NCBI GenBank assembly: GCA_026391215.1 | Contig: JAPLDX010000098.1 | Span: 1-11,290 of the forward strand | Direction: 5' to 3' | DNA: 11,290 nt | From: Bacteroidia bacterium | GTDB lineage: Bacteria; Bacteroidota; Bacteroidia; Bacteroidales; VadinHA17 | Part shown: piece by piece, positions 6,869 through 11,290 of the stretch | Layout: each line of letters starts with the position of its first letter | Numbering within the stretch: position 1 is the stretch's first letter | Program-made: the position numbers and the translations under genes | Notes under the pieces: model-generated | The model's database searches: none | What the model saw: the letters and a program-made list of their open reading frames with translations, nothing else | Told to the model about the DNA's origin: nothing

Positions 6869-8083
6869 TTATATTAATAAGGAAGCATCACCGTAGCTCA
6901 GAAACCTGAATCCATTTTCAATGGCATATCTATAGATTTTCTTCCAGTCATTTCCTACCCATGCCGATATCAGCAGGAGCAGAGTGCTTTTTGGCTGGTG
7001 AAAATTTGTTATCATACCACTGATTACCCTGAACCTGTAACCGGGTACTATCATTATATTAGTGGAAGCGCTTATAAATCGTTTATTGCTTCTTTTCATG
7101 GAATTCAAAAGCGCGGTGGCAGATTCCTCAAAGCTGATTTCATTCTTCATGTCCATCCATTCCCATTGTCCGATAACAGGTTCAGAATAAATGACATCAG
7201 GATTAAAGTATATTTTTACACCTAACCAGTAAAGGCTTTCAAGCGTCCTTACACTTGTTGTGCCAACGGCAATAATCCTTTCTCTTACGTTTAAAAGAGT
7301 TTTAATATTCTCCTTGGTTACAAAAAAATGCTCGCAATGCATTTTGTGCCTTGAGATATCCCTTGTCTTGATTGGCTGAAAAGTACCTGCGCCGACATGT
7401 AATGTTACCTTGGTGGACTTGATACCTTTAGTATGAATTTTGTCAAGTACCTCTTTTGTAAAATGCAGACCAGCTGTCGGGGCTGCAACTGATCCATTTT
7501 TTTTTGAGTACACAGTCTGGTACCTGATGTAATCGTCCCTGACATCCTCACGCTTTACATAGGGTGGAAGAGGAATATGTCCCAGGGATTCAAGCACTTC
7601 TGCAAAACTGACACCTGAAGGATCCCATCTGAAACGTATCCTCCATGCATCTCCTTCAGAGCTGATCTTTTCAGCAGATAGGTTGTAATGGATTCCCTTG
7701 TGCTTAAAACATGAATTAATGAAACCGCTTTTCCATTTCTTAAGGTTACCTATAAGGCATTTCCATTCAACTGGTCCGCCAGAACCAAATGCCGTTTCAT
7801 AATCCGCCGGCGATAAAGGGTTAAGACATAATATCTCAATTTTTGCCCCTGTATCTTTTTGGAAGAGCAGCCTTGCCCTGATCACCCTGGTATTGTTGAA
7901 AACGAGGATGGAGTTTTTTGGTAGATATTTATGAATATTGCAGAAAATTTCTTTTGAAATGACACCTTTATTATATATCAGCAGCTGTGATTTATCTCTC
8001 TCCTTGGTCGGAAACTGCGCTATCCGCTCCTCTGGAAGATCATAATTATAATCCTCTATATTGATATTGGCCAATTCTTTCAT
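6869..8083 (-). CDS. queA: S-adenosylmethionine:tRNA ribosyltransferase-isomerase (QueA family)
   Basis: YDLPEERIAQFP, VFNNTRVIRARL, GHIPLPPYV, YQTVY, GSVAAPTAGLHFT, TLHVGAGTFQP, AVGTTSVRTLES, TNFHQPKSTLL, RFLSYGDA motifs. Confidence 0.96.
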   Translation of the reverse strand: MKELANINIEDYNYDLPEERIAQFPTKERDKSQLLIYNKGVISKEIFCNIHKYLPKNSILVFNNTRVIRARLLFQKDTGAKIEILCLNPLSPADYETAFGSGGPVEWKCLIGNLKKWKSGFINSCFKHKGIHYNLSAEKISSEGDAWRIRFRWDPSGVSFAEVLESLGHIPLPPYVKREDVRDDYIRYQTVYSKKNGSVAAPTAGLHFTKEVLDKIHTKGIKSTKVTLHVGAGTFQPIKTRDISRHKMHCEHFFVTKENIKTLLNVRERIIAVGTTSVRTLESLYWLGVKIYFNPDVIYSEPVIGQWEWMDMKNEISFEESATALLNSMKRSNKRFISASTNIMIVPGYRFRVISGMITNFHQPKSTLLLLISAWVGNDWKKIYRYAIENGFRFLSYGDASLLI

Positions 8084-8091
8084 TCTTTATT

Positions 8092-8141
8092 CCGTTGAAC
8101 CCTTGTGCCGTTGTGCCATTGTACCATTGTACCGTCGTACC
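8092..8141. repeat. Six degenerate tandem octamers, consensus CCRTTGTR
   Basis: ccgttgaa cccttgtg ccgttgtg ccattgta ccattgta ccgtcgta cc, 8 nt upstream of the queA ATG. Confidence 0.8.
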
Positions 8142-8162
8142 TCTTCAGTTATTTACAGTCCT

Positions 8163-8170
8163 CAAAAATA
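8163..8170 (-). promoter_or_regulatory. Putative -7 promoter element for queA
   Basis: Minus strand TATTTTTG matches TAnnTTTG; no matching -33 TTTG at the expected spacing. Confidence 0.45.
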
Positions 8171-8199
8171 ACCAATTTTACTATTCACTCATTTTTGCG

Positions 8200-8207
8200 T
8201 AAATTTG
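8200..8207 (+). promoter_or_regulatory. -7 promoter element for rnpB
   Basis: TAAATTTG matches TAnnTTTG and ends 4 nt before the P1 helix of RNase P RNA; imperfect TTTA at 8177-8180 with a 19-nt spacer. Confidence 0.65.
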
Positions 8208-8211
8208 TAGC

Positions 8212-8561
8212 GCAGCAGGCTGTTCCATCGCCCCGAGTACTCGGGGAGGAAAGTCCGGACAACAGAGAGCACCATACTTCCTAACGGGAAGAAACCTGCG
8301 AGGGTTTAGTAGTGTAACAGAAAATAACCGTTCAGGTTTTCCTACGGAAAATCGGAATAAGGGTGAAAAGGTGAGGTAAGAGCTCACCGGTTCCGGTGGT
8401 AACTCCGGACGCCGTACACCTTATGGGTTGAAAGACCATGTATACCGGCGCTGAGGACTGCTCGTCCGATGCCGGGGGGTAGGTCGTATGATCCCGCCAG
8501 TGATGACGGGACAAGATAAATGATGGAAAACCATACAGAATCCGGCTTACAGGCCGGCTGC
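8212..8561 (+). ncRNA. rnpB: RNase P RNA, bacterial type A
   Basis: Universal motifs GAGGAAAGTCC (8246-8256) and ACAGAATCCGGCTTAC (8535-8550). Helices: P1 GCAGCAGGC/GCCGGCTGC, P2 TTCCATC/GATGGAA, P3 CCCCGA/TCGGGG, P9 AAACCT-GCGA-GGGTTT, P13 GGTGAG/CTCACC, P6 pseudoknot GAGCA/TGCTC, P18 with GTGA tetraloop. No P19. Confidence 0.98.
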
Positions 8562-8565
8562 AATT

Positions 8566-8600
8566 AAAACAGGGGCGCAAATCTTTGCGCCCCTGCTTTA
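8566..8600. terminator. Intrinsic terminator hairpin, probably bidirectional (rnpB and the convergent kdsA operon)
   Basis: CAGGGGCGCAA-ATCT-TTGCGCCCCTG (8570-8595), flanked by AAAA on the left and CTTTA on the right, between convergent genes. Confidence 0.8.
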
Positions 8601-8629
8601 ATATCTAATCCCCTTATCTATTGGGTTTT

Positions 8630-8658
8630 AACCCCCCTTTAGGGGGGCTAGGGGGGTT
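8630..8658. repeat. REP-like C6-G6-G6 element
   Basis: AACCCCCCTTTAGGGGGGCTAGGGGGGTT: one C6 run able to pair with either of two G6 runs; overlaps the stop codon (8657-8659) of the LolA-like gene. Confidence 0.6.
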
Positions 8659-9364
8659 ACTTGATTTTAAACACAGCGTCATCAATCGGTACATCAACCT
8701 CTACTTTTGTGAAGGTTGTGACGATCTCCATATCCATTCCGCTGACAGTACTGGTGGTCTTCATTGGTAGAAAGACTCCGTTGTTATCCGTATAGTCTGA
8801 CGGAACAGATTCAATTGTCATAGCCATTCCTCCCTGGGTTACATCTGTGGTCGTCTTCAAAAGAAGGTATGAATCTTTGTCAATGAATAAAGATGCACTG
8901 GTTCCTCCATCGAGGGTAGCCTTGATTTTAAAAGCAGGTTTGCCATTGACACTTTCTTCTCCCTCAAGAGTCAGTTGTCCTTTCTTCAGATAAGTATCCA
9001 GGTAGTTCTGGAATATGTTGTTTTTCTGTATATCGCTTACCTGCTCCGGGGTCATTTCAACAGGGTCGGTTGAACCCATCATCGGATTGACAGTATATCC
9101 TTTTTCCCCGTCAAAAACCTGAATCATCTCCTGTCCGTTCATGTTGGTGACAGTCTTGATCTTGTTTGGTTTTTTCATCCACATCTCCATGGGCATCTCC
9201 ATGCCCATCATCGACATATTGGCAGAGATCTTTATAGTTTGCTTGTTGGAGACTTGATCCAGCTTATTGGCAGCTGAATAATTTTTCACAATCTCATCAA
9301 GTGATTGTGCATTTATCGCAACAACTGCAAGAAGACATGTTGTAATCAAAAATAGTTTTTTCAT
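8657..9364 (-). CDS. Secreted LolA-like ('outer membrane lipoprotein-sorting') family protein, Met-rich
   Basis: Sec signal ending INA|QSLDEIV. Beta-rich pattern KKPNKIK...QVFDGEKGY...GEESVNGKPAFKIK...LFIDKDSYLLLK...SDY...GVFLP...IDDAVF resembles LolA-like-fold proteins. 18 nt downstream of kdsA. Confidence 0.7.
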   Translation of the reverse strand: MKKLFLITTCLLAVVAINAQSLDEIVKNYSAANKLDQVSNKQTIKISANMSMMGMEMPMEMWMKKPNKIKTVTNMNGQEMIQVFDGEKGYTVNPMMGSTDPVEMTPEQVSDIQKNNIFQNYLDTYLKKGQLTLEGEESVNGKPAFKIKATLDGGTSASLFIDKDSYLLLKTTTDVTQGGMAMTIESVPSDYTDNNGVFLPMKTTSTVSGMDMEIVTTFTKVEVDVPIDDAVFKIK

Positions 9365-9382
9365 AAAATTTAAAATTAATGT

Positions 9383-10216
9383 TTAAGAATTGAAGGAATT
9401 TATTGTTTTTCTAAGAGCAACGAGCTTATTTAAAAGTTTATCCATATCACTTAATATGAGCATATTGGCTCCGTCAGACTTTGCAGATGCCGGATCAGGG
9501 TGGGTTTCTATGAAAATACCATCAGCGCCAACGCTGATTGCAGCTTTGCCGATGGTCTCGATCATTTCAGGTATTCCGCCTGATATACCTGCCTCCTGGT
9601 TGGGTTGCTGCAGTGAATGTGTAATATCCATTATTACGGGGACTCCGGTTTTCTTCATTAAGGGGATATTCCTGAAATCAACCACAATGTCCTGATAACC
9701 AAACATATTGCCGCGGTCTGTGACCATAATATTATTATTGCCTGAATCCCTTACTTTTTCCACGGCAAATTTCATCGACGATCCCGATAAAAATTGTCCT
9801 TTCTTTATGTTGATCCATCTGCCTGTTCTGGCTGCAGCTACAAGCAGGTCAGTCTGCCTGCAGAGAAAAGCAGGTATCTGCAATACATCAACATACTGAG
9901 CTGCTAATTCAGCTTCCGGCGGATTGTGAATATCCGTTATTACCGGGATTGAAAACTTCTCTCTTACACTGGCAAGGATCTTTAGAGCTTTTTCATCTCC
10001 TATACCTGAAAAAGAATCTATCTTTGACCTGTTTGCCTTTCTGTAAGATGCTTTAAATACTAAAGGAAGCTGATATTTCTCAGATAGCTTTATAAGGTGT
10101 TCGGCAATCTGAAAGACAATTTCCTCGCTTTCCACGACACATGGTCCTGCTATTAAAAGAAAATTATCTGTTTCTCCGTACCTGATGCCGGGGATATTTA
10201 TCGGGCTTTTATTCAT
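9383..10216 (-). CDS. kdsA: 3-deoxy-8-phosphooctulonate (KDO8P) synthase
   Basis: IAGPCVVE, FKASYRKANRS, LQIPAFLCRQTDLL, NIKKGQF, DITHSLQQP, FIETHPDP, SDGAN motifs. Confidence 0.97.
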   Translation of the reverse strand: MNKSPINIPGIRYGETDNFLLIAGPCVVESEEIVFQIAEHLIKLSEKYQLPLVFKASYRKANRSKIDSFSGIGDEKALKILASVREKFSIPVITDIHNPPEAELAAQYVDVLQIPAFLCRQTDLLVAAARTGRWINIKKGQFLSGSSMKFAVEKVRDSGNNNIMVTDRGNMFGYQDIVVDFRNIPLMKKTGVPVIMDITHSLQQPNQEAGISGGIPEMIETIGKAAISVGADGIFIETHPDPASAKSDGANMLILSDMDKLLNKLVALRKTINSFNS

Positions 10217-10292
10217 TCCATCGTAAAGTTAAAAAAATAATTAAATATTGTGCCGTATGAAAAATCGATCATACAATCTTGATCTTATAACG

Positions 10293-10327
10293 CCTTTGCG
10301 CCGTTGTGCCGTTGCACTGTTGAGCCT
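10293..10327. repeat. Four-plus degenerate tandem octamers, same family as 8092-8141
   Basis: cctttgcg ccgttgtg ccgttgca ctgttgag cct, running into the rarA stop codon (10328-10330). Confidence 0.75.
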
Positions 10328-11290
10328 TTATGTTTTGTCGTAATCGTAAATATCTTTCCAAAGTTTATTGAGCCTCTTTCTGATCTCATCCTCCTTCGGA
10401 TTATTCCCCGGCACATAAAATTTGGTGCCTTTTAATTCCTCAGGCAGGTAATTCTCAAGTATGAAATTACCTTCAAAACTATGGGCATATTTATAATCCT
10501 TATGATAACCCAGATCTTTCATGAGCTTTGTCGGGGCATTCCTGATATGCAGGGGCACTGGCAGATCACCATTATCCCTGACAGCCTCAGTCGCATTTTC
10601 AATTGCCATGTATGATGCATTGCTCTTTGGGGAAGTCGCCAGATATACTGCTGCCTCTGAAAGAATGATCCTTGATTCAGGCCAACCGATGACATTGACT
10701 GCTTCAAAGCAGGATTGTGCGAGGAGAAGGGCATTTGGATTTGCCAGACCGATATCCTCGGCTGCAAGGATCACCATCCTTCTGGCAATGAATTTCGGAT
10801 CCTCACCTCCTGCGACCATTCTGGCCAGCCAGTATACCGCTGCGTTGGGATCGCTTCCCCTTAATGATTTGATAAAAGCAGAAATGATATCATAATGCTG
10901 TTCGCCATTCTTGTCATAGAGGGCAAGATTCTTCTGGACATGAGTCAGCACCTTTTCATCCGTAATAATTATCTTTCCTGAACCTGCTGAATCGGCTTCG
11001 GAAGAGACAACCAGCTCAAGTGCATTGTACAGCTTTCGGGCATCTCCCCCTGAAAAACGCAGAAGAGCCTCATGTTCAGCAATTTCAATATCGTAAGCTA
11101 CCAGGAATATATCCTTTTTCAATGCTTTGTCCAGTAATTCCAGAAGTTCATCCTTGCTTAAAGGATTCAAAACATAGACCTGGCAGCGGGAAAGGAGGGG
11201 GGATATGACCTCGAATGAGGGATTCTCCGTGGTAGCGCCAATCAATGTGATCGTACCCTGCTCAACTGCACTGAGAAGAGAATCCTGCTG
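10328..11290 (-). CDS. rarA: Replication-associated recombination protein A (AAA+ ATPase), partial; N-terminus outside the window
   Basis: Frame is open to the window end (QQDSLLSAVEQGTITLIGATTENPSFEV). Motifs LLSRCQV, GGDARK, HYDIISAFIKSLRGSDPNAA, AEDIGLA, PKSNASY, VPLHIRNAPTKLMKDLGY are typical of RarA/MgsA. Confidence 0.96.
   Translation of the reverse strand, partial: QQDSLLSAVEQGTITLIGATTENPSFEVISPLLSRCQVYVLNPLSKDELLELLDKALKKDIFLVAYDIEIAEHEALLRFSGGDARKLYNALELVVSSEADSAGSGKIIITDEKVLTHVQKNLALYDKNGEQHYDIISAFIKSLRGSDPNAAVYWLARMVAGGEDPKFIARRMVILAAEDIGLANPNALLLAQSCFEAVNVIGWPESRIILSEAAVYLATSPKSNASYMAIENATEAVRDNGDLPVPLHIRNAPTKLMKDLGYHKDYKYAHSFEGNFILENYLPEELKGTKFYVPGNNPKEDEIRKRLNKLWKDIYDYDKT

Noticed and set aside
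8092-8141. CRISPR array or preQ1 riboswitch upstream of queA
   Set aside because: Units are 8 nt with no spacers and no cas genes; no preQ1 stem-loop or A-rich tail is recognisable.
8231-8246. Perfect 16-bp palindrome CCCCGAGTACTCGGGG
   Set aside because: It is helix P3 of RNase P RNA, not an operator or mobile-element end.
8181-8580. Two minus-strand ORFs (8181-8387, 8332-8580)
   Set aside because: They lie antisense to the RNase P RNA gene, which fully explains the sequence.
10213-10274. TAACTTTA near-promoter, a Met-Glu-stop micro-ORF overlapping the kdsA ATG, and a weak GTATGA/TCATAC hairpin
   Set aside because: Each is a short or imperfect match expected by chance; not enough support to call.
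1435-11208. Remaining short alternative-frame or antisense ORFs (1435-1623, 1761-2027, 2078-2266, 2470-2682, 5408-5611, 6067-6315, 6998-7225, 9390-9695, 9708-9899, 10519-10767, 10521-10895, 11020-11208)
   Set aside because: All overlap well-supported genes and show no recognisable motifs.
11243-11245. TTG start given for the 305-aa RarA ORF
   Set aside because: The frame stays open to the window edge and the Walker A/B region is missing, so the real start lies outside the window; it is not a truncated pseudogene.

Overview
AT-rich chromosomal housekeeping and envelope region of a Bacteroidota (probably Bacteroidales-like) bacterium. The taxonomic call is inferred from TAnnTTTG-type promoters, A-rich starts without Shine-Dalgarno, signal peptides ending in ...A|Q, and a Bacteroidota-type TonB N-terminus. 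All protein genes are on the minus strand. In transcription order they are: partial rarA/mgsA, kdsA, a secreted Met-rich LolA-like protein, [RNase P RNA rnpB on the plus strand], queA, a small 2-TM protein, an orphan PstS-like lipoprotein, a large periplasmic TPR protein, exbB, exbD, exbD and a partial tonB. The most interesting part is the 7-gene TonB-motor module (1..6763). Its TPR protein carries a coiled-coil insert and a C-terminal CarboxypepD_reg-like domain resembling the SusC N-terminal extension, and its PstS-like protein has no pstCAB nearby and lacks canonical phosphate-binding motifs. Several short-period repeat arrays sit directly at gene boundaries. No transposase, integrase, CRISPR array, tRNA or rRNA was seen. 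Domain calls come from motif recognition by eye, not database searches.
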